The position numbers were made by a program, and so were the translations under genes. This document shows, piece after piece, positions 48,279 through 56,806 of a DNA stretch of 64,000 nucleotides (position 1 is its first letter; each line of letters opens with the position of its first letter). A model generated the notes under the pieces. It was not told where the DNA came from. It searched no databases and saw nothing but the letters and a program-made list of their open reading frames with translations. This DNA comes from an uncultured Dictyoglomota bacterium (GTDB lineage Bacteria > Dictyoglomota > Dictyoglomia > Dictyoglomales > Dictyoglomaceae): positions 1 to 64,000 of the forward strand of contig CAZZIO010000018.1 in NCBI GenBank assembly GCA_964654465.1, in the 5' to 3' direction.

Positions 48279-48634
48279 ATATCAAAATCAACCTTCTTTC
48301 CTTGAAACCCAGCTACATATAATTTTCCACATGCCTCATACATAGGGTATTTTGTTGTAAGAAGAGGAATACCAGATTTCTTTGCTACTTCTATTACATC
48401 TTGATAGGGTATTTTACCTCTAACAAACACGACTCCAGCCAAATCTAAAATCTCAGCAGTTCTTATAACCTGTAACGTAACAAGACCTGTAAGGAGAAGC
48501 GAATTTGCCTCTAAGAGACAAAGAGCATCACTCATTAAATCTGTTGCACCTACATACAAAACCTCATTTTCAAGTTTCTCTTCTAAACATAGAACTTCAG
48601 CTTTTAATATTTCTTTTACCTTCTTAAGATTCAT
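48275..48634 (-). CDS. DRTGG-domain protein
   Basis: ATDLMSDAL, LTGL, RTAEILD. Confidence 0.8.
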   Translation of the reverse strand: MNLKKVKEILKAEVLCLEEKLENEVLYVGATDLMSDALCLLEANSLLLTGLVTLQVIRTAEILDLAGVVFVRGKIPYQDVIEVAKKSGIPLLTTKYPMYEACGKLYVAGFQGKKVDFDI

Positions 48635-48756
48635 TTCTCTCTCCTCAAAATATTTTCAGGTTTAATTTAAACACATTTTTAATATCATTGTCAACAAAGA
48701 TAAAATATGATATAATCTTAAATTTTTTTTAATCATACCTATAGGGGTAAACTAAT

Positions 48757-48774
48757 TTGTTAAAATTTTCTCAA
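48757..48774. promoter_or_regulatory. Putative Rex operator
   Basis: TTGTTAA-AATT-TTCTCAA versus consensus TTGTGAA-N4-TTCACAA (2 mismatches), upstream of the hydrogenase operon. Confidence 0.5.
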
Positions 48775-48872
48775 TTCATTTAGGTTTTTAAAGATAATAA
48801 TTATTGATATACAGTAGTAAGGTATATAAAACTAGTGATATATATTCAGTTGCAATGTTATATAATATAAAC

Positions 48873-49799
48873 ATGAAAAAGAAGAAGATAGGACTTGCAT
48901 TAGGTAGCGGAGGAGCAAAAGGTCTTTCCCACATTGGAGTATTAAAAGTACTGGAGAGGGAAGGAATAGAAGTCTCTTATATAAGTGGGAGTAGTGCAGG
49001 AGCTTTAATAGGTGGATTATATGCAAAAGGATATTCTGCAAAAGATTTAGAGAAACTAGCCTTAGAAATAGGAAAAAATAAAGAAGAATTTTATAAACTT
49101 TTTGATTTTTCAAAATCTCTCCAAGGAATTATAAAAGGTGAAAAAATATTAGAGTATTTAGATAATATATTAGAAGGCACATTATTTTCGAACCTAAAAA
49201 TACCATTTATATCTTTAGCAGTAGATCTTATTACTGGAGAAAAAGTAATTATAAATGAGGGAAAAGTATCAGAAGCTATTAGAGCAAGTATATCCATTCC
49301 TGTGATATTTCAACCTTATCCTTGGAAAGATAAACTCCTAATAGATGGGGGTGTACTTTCCCCTGTTCCAGTTAAAGAATTGAGAGAGATATATAAACCA
49401 GATATCATCATAGGAGTTAGTTTGCATAAGAGAACAAATTGGAAACCTAAAAAAGAAATTCAGATAGATATCCCCTATCAACCCAGCAATATAACAGAAA
49501 AAATCACATATAAAATGTCTCAGATAAAGCTCCTTAAGGAATTTCAACAGAGGTTAAATCCATTATTAAACCCATCCTTATTTGAGGTCCTTATGCAGAC
49601 CATAGATATTATGAATTATGAATTAGAAAATCAGAATCTCAAAAATGCAGATTTAGTTATCATCCCTGAGGTACAAAATTTTGGAACTTTTGATTTTGAT
49701 AAAGCTTCCGATATTATAGTCTTAGGTGAAAAAGCCATGGAAGAAAAGCTTGATTCCTTAATAAAGCTTATAAAAAAGAAAAAATTTATATTCTTCTAA
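48873..49799 (+). CDS. Patatin-like phospholipase (RssA-like)
   Basis: LGSGGAKG, GSSAG, IDGG. Confidence 0.9.
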   Translation: MKKKKIGLALGSGGAKGLSHIGVLKVLEREGIEVSYISGSSAGALIGGLYAKGYSAKDLEKLALEIGKNKEEFYKLFDFSKSLQGIIKGEKILEYLDNILEGTLFSNLKIPFISLAVDLITGEKVIINEGKVSEAIRASISIPVIFQPYPWKDKLLIDGGVLSPVPVKELREIYKPDIIIGVSLHKRTNWKPKKEIQIDIPYQPSNITEKITYKMSQIKLLKEFQQRLNPLLNPSLFEVLMQTIDIMNYELENQNLKNADLVIIPEVQNFGTFDFDKASDIIVLGEKAMEEKLDSLIKLIKKKKFIFF

Positions 49800-50302
49800 T
49801 AAACCTGTATTATTTCATCTAACGGGAGTCTTGGTTTTTTTGGGGGATCTTCAGCTGGATACCCTAAGGTCATAAGTTGTATTACCTCTGCTTCCTTAGG
49901 AAGATTTAATACTTCTTTAACTTTATCTTGATAAAAAGATCCTATCCAACAAGTTCCAAGTCCTTCTTCTACTGCTTGAAGATGTATATGAGTTAAAGCT
50001 ATAGCAACATCTATATAATGAGCAGGTATTCCACACCTCATTACATAATCCTTATCTAAAACATAAGCCACTATAATTATGGAAGCCTTTAACATAAAAG
50101 GCTGATGAGGAGAAGCTTCTTTAACCAATCTTTCCTTCAAATTTTTATCTCTCACAATAATAAATCTCCATTCCTGCCTATTTCTTGCTGAAGGAGCATG
50201 TCTTGCCGCCTCCATTATTCTTAGAAGTTTTTCCTCCTCTATATCCTTATCTAAATAATCTCTTATACTTCTTCTCTTATTTATAGCCTCAAAAACATCC
50301 AT
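49796..50302 (-). CDS. Nitroreductase family protein
   Basis: RRSIR, APSARNRQEW, GLGTCWIG. Confidence 0.92.
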   Translation of the reverse strand: MDVFEAINKRRSIRDYLDKDIEEEKLLRIMEAARHAPSARNRQEWRFIIVRDKNLKERLVKEASPHQPFMLKASIIIVAYVLDKDYVMRCGIPAHYIDVAIALTHIHLQAVEEGLGTCWIGSFYQDKVKEVLNLPKEAEVIQLMTLGYPAEDPPKKPRLPLDEIIQVY

Positions 50303-51229
50303 TTATTTCACCCCCATAAGTTTCCATCTTTCTCCCATCATCCTCAATCTTTTTATTCTTTCTTCTATAGGCGGATGAGTACTAAAAAGATTATTTATAT
50401 TATATTTTTTGAGGGGATCAGCAATATATAAAGGAGCAGTGATATTATTCGCTCTCCTTACAGGATTTGGATCCTTAGCTATCTTTTCCAGTGCAGAGGC
50501 AAGACCTTCAGGATATCTTGTAAGCATAGCTGCAGTAGCATCTGCCATATACTCTCTCTGTCTTGACAAGGCAAATCTTAAAATTGTTGCTACTAAGGGA
50601 GCCACTAAGGCAACAATCAAAGATATAATACCTAAAAAGTCTTGGTCTTTAGTTTTTCTTTTTCCTGAAAAGAAAGATCCATAATAAAATGATCTTTTTA
50701 AACTATCTCCAAGAATTACAATTAAACCTACCAATACAACCGCTATAGTTTGAAGTCTTACATCATAATTTTTTATATGTGATATCTCATGAGCAACTAC
50801 TCCCTCAAGCTCCAATCTATTCATCTTCTCTAAAAGGCCAGTAGTTACAGCAATTGCACTATTTTTTGGGTCTTTTCCTGCAGCGAAAGCATTGGGTGAT
50901 GGATCATTTATTACATAAATTTTAGGTGTAGGAATACCTGCAGCTATGCTCAAACCTTCCACAATATTTATAAGATAAGGATATTCATCCTTTTTTGGCT
51001 CATATGCATCACTTATAGATAGAATTAATTTATCACTATTTTTATACGCATAGTAGTTTACTGTTAAAGTAATTAACAAAGCTATGAATATAGCTATTTC
51101 TCCTAAATTGAAAAAATAGATTATAGAATAACATACAAAGAAAAGAAGAATAGATATAAGAAATAATATTAACCATGTTTTTCTCTTATTTTGTTCTATA
51201 GCTTCATAAAAAGTATAAGTATTCTTCAT
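50303..51229 (-). CDS. htpX: M48 zinc metalloprotease HtpX
   Basis: PNAFA, HEISH, SRQREYMAD, STHPP. Confidence 0.92.
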   Translation of the reverse strand: MKNTYTFYEAIEQNKRKTWLILFLISILLFFVCYSIIYFFNLGEIAIFIALLITLTVNYYAYKNSDKLILSISDAYEPKKDEYPYLINIVEGLSIAAGIPTPKIYVINDPSPNAFAAGKDPKNSAIAVTTGLLEKMNRLELEGVVAHEISHIKNYDVRLQTIAVVLVGLIVILGDSLKRSFYYGSFFSGKRKTKDQDFLGIISLIVALVAPLVATILRFALSRQREYMADATAAMLTRYPEGLASALEKIAKDPNPVRRANNITAPLYIADPLKKYNINNLFSTHPPIEERIKRLRMMGERWKLMGVK

Positions 51230-51232
51230 AAA

Positions 51233-51784
51233 TTAAAAGCTAACTTTAACAGCTTTTCTTTCCTCTGGATTTTCCACTTCAAAATATTCTTTAGGCTTAA
51301 ATCCAAAAATATTTGCGATTACAGAATTTGGAAAAACCTGCAAAGATTGATTATAAATCATAACAATGTCATTATAAAATTGTCTTGCATAAGCAATTTT
51401 TTCTTCAATTCCACTCAATTCTTCCTGCAACATAAGAAAATTTTGATTTGCCTTTAAATCTGGATAATTCTCAACTATGGCAAAAAGGGTTTTTAAAGTA
51501 GAAGTAAGTCCTTGATCTGCTTGAGCTATTTCTCCTGGGGTCTTCGCACTCATCATTTGCGCTCTATAAAGAGCAATTTTATCAAATATTTCTTTTTCAT
51601 GAGATGCATAACCTTTAACCACTTCTACTAAGTTTGGAATTAGGTCATATCTTCTCTTTAGTTGTACATCAATTTGAGCCCATGCATTCTCCACCCTATT
51701 TCTCAAAACTACTAATCGGTTATATATGACTATAACAAACAGAGCCAAAAATATTAATATACCTAAGATGATTAAACCTAACAT
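51233..51784 (-). CDS. lemA: LemA family protein
   Basis: QLKRRYDLIPNLV, ENYPDLKANQNF. Confidence 0.95.
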   Translation of the reverse strand: MLGLIILGILIFLALFVIVIYNRLVVLRNRVENAWAQIDVQLKRRYDLIPNLVEVVKGYASHEKEIFDKIALYRAQMMSAKTPGEIAQADQGLTSTLKTLFAIVENYPDLKANQNFLMLQEELSGIEEKIAYARQFYNDIVMIYNQSLQVFPNSVIANIFGFKPKEYFEVENPEERKAVKVSF

Positions 51785-51822
51785 TTTAAAAACCTCCCCT
51801 AAAAAAAATTTAAAAATCAAAA

Positions 51823-53064
51823 CTAATTCCAACTTTGAAGATAGCGAATCTGCTCTTCTGTAAGAGTATCAATTTCTATATTTAGGCTTTTGAGCTTTAA
51901 TTCTGCAACTTCTTCCTCTATTTCTCGAGGAACTTGAAGCACTCTCTTAGGTAAATTTCTTCCATGCTCAAGCAACCATTTCATCACCAAAAACTGAACT
52001 CCAAAAGAAAGATCCATTATTTCGACAGGGTGACCATCACCCCCTGCTAAATTCAAAAGCCTTCCTTCTGCTATAACATAAAGCCTCTTATTATTAGGAA
52101 GGACATATTCATGTATATTTTCTCTTACCTCTTTTTTATTAATTGCTAATTCTTCTAAAGATTTCATATCTATCTCCACATTAAAATGTCCTGCATTAGC
52201 CAATATGGCTCCATCTTTCATATTCAAAAAGTGCTCCTTAGTTATCACCTTACAATTCCCCGTTGCTGTTATAAACACATCTCCTAACTTTACAGCCTTT
52301 GAAATTGGCATAACTTCAAAACCTTCCATATATGCTTCTAATGCCTTAATAGGATCAACTTCAGTTATAATAACTCTTCCTTTTAATCCTTGGATTTTAT
52401 GAGCTATACCCTTTCCAACCCATCCATATCCTGATATTACGAAAATTTTTCCTGCAACTAACAAATTGGTGTTTCTCATAAAGGAAGACAAAGCAGATTC
52501 ACCAGTACCAAACCTATTATCAAATAAAAATTTTGTCCTTGCATCATTTACTGCTACTATTGGAAAAAATAATCCCTTTTCTTTTTCAAGGGCCTTTGCT
52601 CTTATAACACCTGTCGTAGTTTCTTCTCCCACACCTAATATTTTACTTTTTAAACGTGAAAATTCCTTATACAAAAGGGTTGTAAGATCAAAGCCATCAT
52701 CAATTAAAAGATCAGGTTCTTTATTTAACACTTCCCTCAGATTATTTATATAATCTTCTTCTGTTTCTCCTCTCCAAGCAAAAACTTCTACTCCTTCTTT
52801 TACCAGATAAGCTACCACATCATCTTGAGTAGATAAAGGATTACTTCCAGCACATACTACCTTTGCTCCACAATTTTTAAAAGAAAGAGCAAGTCGTGCA
52901 GTTTTTGCCTCTAAATGAATACACATCCCGATAGTAGTATTTTTAAAAATTTGAGTAGAAGAATAGTTTTTTTCAAGAAGATTTACTACAGGCATAAACT
53001 GTTTTGCCCAATAAACCTTTCTTTCTCCATTTTTCCATTGATTAATATCCCTAATTTTGCTCAT
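51823..53064 (-). CDS. ahcY: Adenosylhomocysteinase
   Basis: HLEAKTA, EETTTG, FDNRFGTG, GYGWVGKG, GHPVEIMD. Confidence 0.95.
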   Translation of the reverse strand: MSKIRDINQWKNGERKVYWAKQFMPVVNLLEKNYSSTQIFKNTTIGMCIHLEAKTARLALSFKNCGAKVVCAGSNPLSTQDDVVAYLVKEGVEVFAWRGETEEDYINNLREVLNKEPDLLIDDGFDLTTLLYKEFSRLKSKILGVGEETTTGVIRAKALEKEKGLFFPIVAVNDARTKFLFDNRFGTGESALSSFMRNTNLLVAGKIFVISGYGWVGKGIAHKIQGLKGRVIITEVDPIKALEAYMEGFEVMPISKAVKLGDVFITATGNCKVITKEHFLNMKDGAILANAGHFNVEIDMKSLEELAINKKEVRENIHEYVLPNNKRLYVIAEGRLLNLAGGDGHPVEIMDLSFGVQFLVMKWLLEHGRNLPKRVLQVPREIEEEVAELKLKSLNIEIDTLTEEQIRYLQSWN

Positions 53065-53067
53065 AAT

Positions 53068-53667
53068 TTATCTCTTTTTCGTGTTTTGCATAGCCATAAA
53101 TTCTACCTCACCTTTCAATATTTGCAAAAAGAGATTGTTTCCCACATTTTTATTCTCTTTCATATACTTTTCTATTCTTTCTCTCTCAAATGATATCACC
53201 TTCAAAAAATCATCAACGGTAAATATGGGAAGACCAAATTCATTTTCTCTCTTCTCTAATTTCGCTAATTCCTCTTGTAAAATACTCTTTAGCTTTGTCC
53301 CGCGGGAAGATTTAGGGTAAAGATTAGGAAGATATAAATTTTTTTTACGGGTTTGATATTCCTTCTCAAGTAAACTCAAAACCTCTAAAAACTCTTCATC
53401 AGTAAAAGAAGGAAATTCTAATAAAAATTTATACACCAACTCTTCTAAGAATAAAAATAAATCCCATTGGAGTCTTGTAAAATTAGCAGGTTTTTCTTCA
53501 ACCCTCTCTATAGTGTGTATTTGAGCTTCCTTTAAATAGATACAATCTTGAGTACAATTTATCTCCTTTATACGCTTTGTGCCACAGCACTCAGTACATA
53601 TAAAGGCGCTAAGAGCTGGACATTTTCTTTTACCTTTTCTTTTCCCACATATAACACATACACTCAT
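53068..53667 (-). CDS. Hypothetical protein with a Cys-rich (Zn-finger-like) N-terminus
   Basis: CVICG..KRKCPA..ICTECCG..CTQDCIYL. Confidence 0.75.
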   Translation of the reverse strand: MSVCVICGKRKGKRKCPALSAFICTECCGTKRIKEINCTQDCIYLKEAQIHTIERVEEKPANFTRLQWDLFLFLEELVYKFLLEFPSFTDEEFLEVLSLLEKEYQTRKKNLYLPNLYPKSSRGTKLKSILQEELAKLEKRENEFGLPIFTVDDFLKVISFERERIEKYMKENKNVGNNLFLQILKGEVEFMAMQNTKKR

Positions 53668-53780
53668 GAGATAAATTATAGCATGAAGATTTTAAAATAA
53701 CATTAATTGAATCCCATCAACTATGAATATATAATTACTCTATCAAAAACCAATAAATTTTTTAAAAGAGGAAATTCAAT

Positions 53781-54437
53781 TTGGAAAAGACTACCATAAC
53801 AAAAGAAATAGAAATCTTAAGAGAAAAACTTATACGTATGGGGAGCATTGTAGAGAAAATGCTCCATCAAACTATTGATTCAATAAGAAGAAGAGATCTA
53901 AAATTAGCCCAAGAAGTAATTGAAAAAGATAAATTGGTAGATGACTATAACTGGGACATAGAAAATCAATGTATTAGTATACTATCTAATTACCAACCTG
54001 TGTCAAAAGATTTAAGAATTATAACCTCTACAATGAAAATTGTAAAAGATTTAGAAAGAATTGGTGATTACTCTGTTGATATTGCTAAATATGTTTCAAG
54101 TCTCCTTGAATATTCCTTTGAATTACCTATTTCCGATATTATATCCTTAGCCTCTTTCGTTGAGCAGATGACAAGAGAGACAATAAGAACATATTCTAAG
54201 CCAGATTTAAACAAACTAGAAAGATTATCAACATACTACAACCTTGTAAATCAAAAGTATCAGGAAACATCAGATGAATTGTTAGGTGAAATTTATAAAA
54301 ATCCTATACTTACCCAACAAATTATCCAATTAATAATGATCTCTCGTTATTTAGAACGTATTGCTGATCATGTAACAAATATAATAGAGCTTATATTCTA
54401 TATAGAGACTGGAGAAAGAAAAGAATTACATGGATGA
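53781..54437 (+). CDS. phoU: Phosphate signalling protein PhoU
   Basis: QPVSKDLR, DLERIGD, YLERIADH. Confidence 0.92.
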   Translation: MEKTTITKEIEILREKLIRMGSIVEKMLHQTIDSIRRRDLKLAQEVIEKDKLVDDYNWDIENQCISILSNYQPVSKDLRIITSTMKIVKDLERIGDYSVDIAKYVSSLLEYSFELPISDIISLASFVEQMTRETIRTYSKPDLNKLERLSTYYNLVNQKYQETSDELLGEIYKNPILTQQIIQLIMISRYLERIADHVTNIIELIFYIETGERKELHG

Positions 54438-54443
54438 AAAATA

Positions 54444-55595
54444 ATGGAATACGTATTAGATGAAAACTCCTTATCTATAGAGGACCTTGTAGATATTGTT
54501 AAGAAGAGATATATAATAACTCTTTCTGAAACTCTTTCTCAAAAAGTTAATCAATCTAATAATCTTCTAAATATATATATTAGACATTTTGACTCAATAT
54601 TTAAAGATGAGAAATTTAATAAAATCTTCTCTAGTTCTTATTTAAATAAGGAGGAAAAAAGATCTATTATTATCACATTAATATACACTGCATCCAATGG
54701 AAATTCAGGCATAAGCTATAAAACCATAAAAGAGATTATAACTAAAATTGGTAGATTAGAAGATATAGACATTCCAGAAACTTCTTTAAGTCCAATAAAT
54801 ATGCCTCCATATGGCTATATTTTATCCCACTTAGATACCTCAGATGTGGAAAGAAGAATAATTCTAAAAAGTAAGGGTTATTATATAGCTATCTTAGCTC
54901 TTTTATATTATAGATTAGAGATTATTAGAAAAATTCTATCGGTAATCTTTGTCCTATATTATAGAACAGTGAAATTTCAAAACCCTTATATTGATCCCTA
55001 TATTTTAGCTTCAAATCCTCATTTATCCTTGATTAAATTAGGAGAGAATATAAATATCCTAACAAAAAAGGAAAATGATAGATCTTTATTGGATTTAAAT
55101 TCTATTGAAATTTCTTTTCACAAACTCTGTCATCTTTATGATTTGTCCTACAAACTAAAAGAGATATTAAATATCGAATTAAACTCTTCCCAATTCCCTA
55201 TAATTTTTAATATAGACAAAGAAAATTATGTTTTAAATCCTTTAAACACAACGGAAAAATATTTATTAACTATTTACTTGGAAAATATTACTAAAAATAT
55301 TGTTGAGATTTTGTCTACCCTTTTTCCATCCTCCAAATATAAATTATTCACAATAAAAAACTCTAAAAATTATGAGAGCAGTATACTATATTTTAAAGAA
55401 ACCATTCGTATAACAGAAGAGATTTTAAGTAAAATACTATTAGAACTTTTAAAAATAAATAATTTACAAACTGAACTAAAAAATCTTTTAATAAATTTCC
55501 TGAAAGAATTTAAAATAAAAACTCAAGAAGAACTAACATTATCCCTTGAAAATCTAATCTCCTTTTTAGAGAATCAAATAGAAGAACTATACTAA
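54444..55595 (+). CDS. Highly divergent histidine/aromatic ammonia-lyase-like protein lacking the ASG (MIO) motif
   Basis: LDENSLSIEDL, NGNSGIS, NPH and IELNSS..PIIF echo HutH motifs in the correct order. Confidence 0.55.
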   Translation: MEYVLDENSLSIEDLVDIVKKRYIITLSETLSQKVNQSNNLLNIYIRHFDSIFKDEKFNKIFSSSYLNKEEKRSIIITLIYTASNGNSGISYKTIKEIITKIGRLEDIDIPETSLSPINMPPYGYILSHLDTSDVERRIILKSKGYYIAILALLYYRLEIIRKILSVIFVLYYRTVKFQNPYIDPYILASNPHLSLIKLGENINILTKKENDRSLLDLNSIEISFHKLCHLYDLSYKLKEILNIELNSSQFPIIFNIDKENYVLNPLNTTEKYLLTIYLENITKNIVEILSTLFPSSKYKLFTIKNSKNYESSILYFKETIRITEEILSKILLELLKINNLQTELKNLLINFLKEFKIKTQEELTLSLENLISFLENQIEELY

Positions 55596-56231
55596 TTTAA
55601 TTGTTTCTTTTATAACTCTAACAATCTTATCAATTTCCCACATACCCATATTGATTACCATATGATATAATTCTGGGTCATTCCAATCTACATTATAAAA
55701 CCTATATAGATATTCTTGAGCAGCCCTATCCTTTTCAGAGATGTATTTTAAGGCTTCCTCCTTTGAAAAACCCTTTTTCTTCATTATATTCTCAATTCTA
55801 AATTCTAAAGGAGCTATTACTCTTAGATGTAAAGTATGGGGAATATTCCTAAGAAGAATTTGTCCACCTCTTCCCACAATTACCACATTATCCCAATCCA
55901 CCAACTTTTTAATTACTGCTTGTGTAAAGGCCAAAGAATTTTCTTCATCAAAAGTTTTTGTGGTAATAACGGTTCTACCTGTTTCATCTTTTTCTTTAAC
56001 GGTTATCTTACCTAAGGGGGTCTTTCTGTTAAAAAGCTGTTCAAAAAAGCTTTTTATTTTATAATTATCTTCATTGTAATCTATAACTTCAGCCTCGCTT
56101 AATCCAGAAGCAACAGCTATCTCTGTCATTAGGAGCTTATCAAAATACCTATATCTAAGTTCCTGTGATAACTTTTCTGCTAACTCATCTCCCATACTTC
56201 CTATCTGTCTTGATATGGTAATAATAGCCAC
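55587..56231 (-). CDS. Cytidylate kinase-like family protein
   Basis: ITISRQIGSMG, VIVGRGG, DPELYHMVIN. Confidence 0.85.
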   Translation of the reverse strand: MAIITISRQIGSMGDELAEKLSQELRYRYFDKLLMTEIAVASGLSEAEVIDYNEDNYKIKSFFEQLFNRKTPLGKITVKEKDETGRTVITTKTFDEENSLAFTQAVIKKLVDWDNVVIVGRGGQILLRNIPHTLHLRVIAPLEFRIENIMKKKGFSKEEALKYISEKDRAAQEYLYRFYNVDWNDPELYHMVINMGMWEIDKIVRVIKETIKLV

Positions 56232-56254
56232 AAAAACACCTCCCCCTAAAATGC

Positions 56255-56737
56255 TTAAAGTTTATATCCTATTTTTCTAAGAAATTCCTTTCTATGTTTC
56301 ATATCTTCCTCTCCTTCAATTCCCTTTGGTTTCACACCATCAATTACTCCTAAAACCCCTCTACCTATTCCGTCATCTGCAACTATTACTCTAAGAGAGT
56401 TAGCTGTAGCAGCAAAAATATTTACAACTTCTGGCACATGTTTTATAGCATTTAAAACATTTATAGGATAAAAATTCTTTATAAATATTATAAAAGTATG
56501 GCCAGCAGCTATTTTTTGCATATTCTTTATGGCTAATTCCTCCATTTCTTGATCAGTACCTATATGCCTTATAAGGGCAGGACCCGAAGCCTCACAAAAA
56601 GCAATACCAAACTTTGCAAAAGGTACACTATTTACAATTGCCTCATATAAATCCTCTACAGTCTTTATAAAATGCGTCTGACCAAGTATCAAGTTAACAT
56701 CTTCAGGTTTCTCAATCTCCACAATTTGAATCTCCAT
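56255..56737 (-). CDS. Adenosine-specific kinase family protein (DUF355)
   Basis: [27 protein letters not shown]. Confidence 0.85.
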   Translation of the reverse strand: MEIQIVEIEKPEDVNLILGQTHFIKTVEDLYEAIVNSVPFAKFGIAFCEASGPALIRHIGTDQEMEELAIKNMQKIAAGHTFIIFIKNFYPINVLNAIKHVPEVVNIFAATANSLRVIVADDGIGRGVLGVIDGVKPKGIEGEEDMKHRKEFLRKIGYKL

Positions 56738-56766
56738 ATTTTCAACCCCTCCTATTCTAATTCTTT

Positions 56767-56799
56767 AAAAAAAAAGGGGAGGAATTTTCCTCCCCTTTT
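56767..56799 (-). terminator. Intrinsic terminator after the Clp gene
   Basis: AAAAGGGGAGGAA/TTCCTCCCCTTTT stem with a long T run. Confidence 0.75.
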
Positions 56800-56806
56800 A
56801 TTAACT

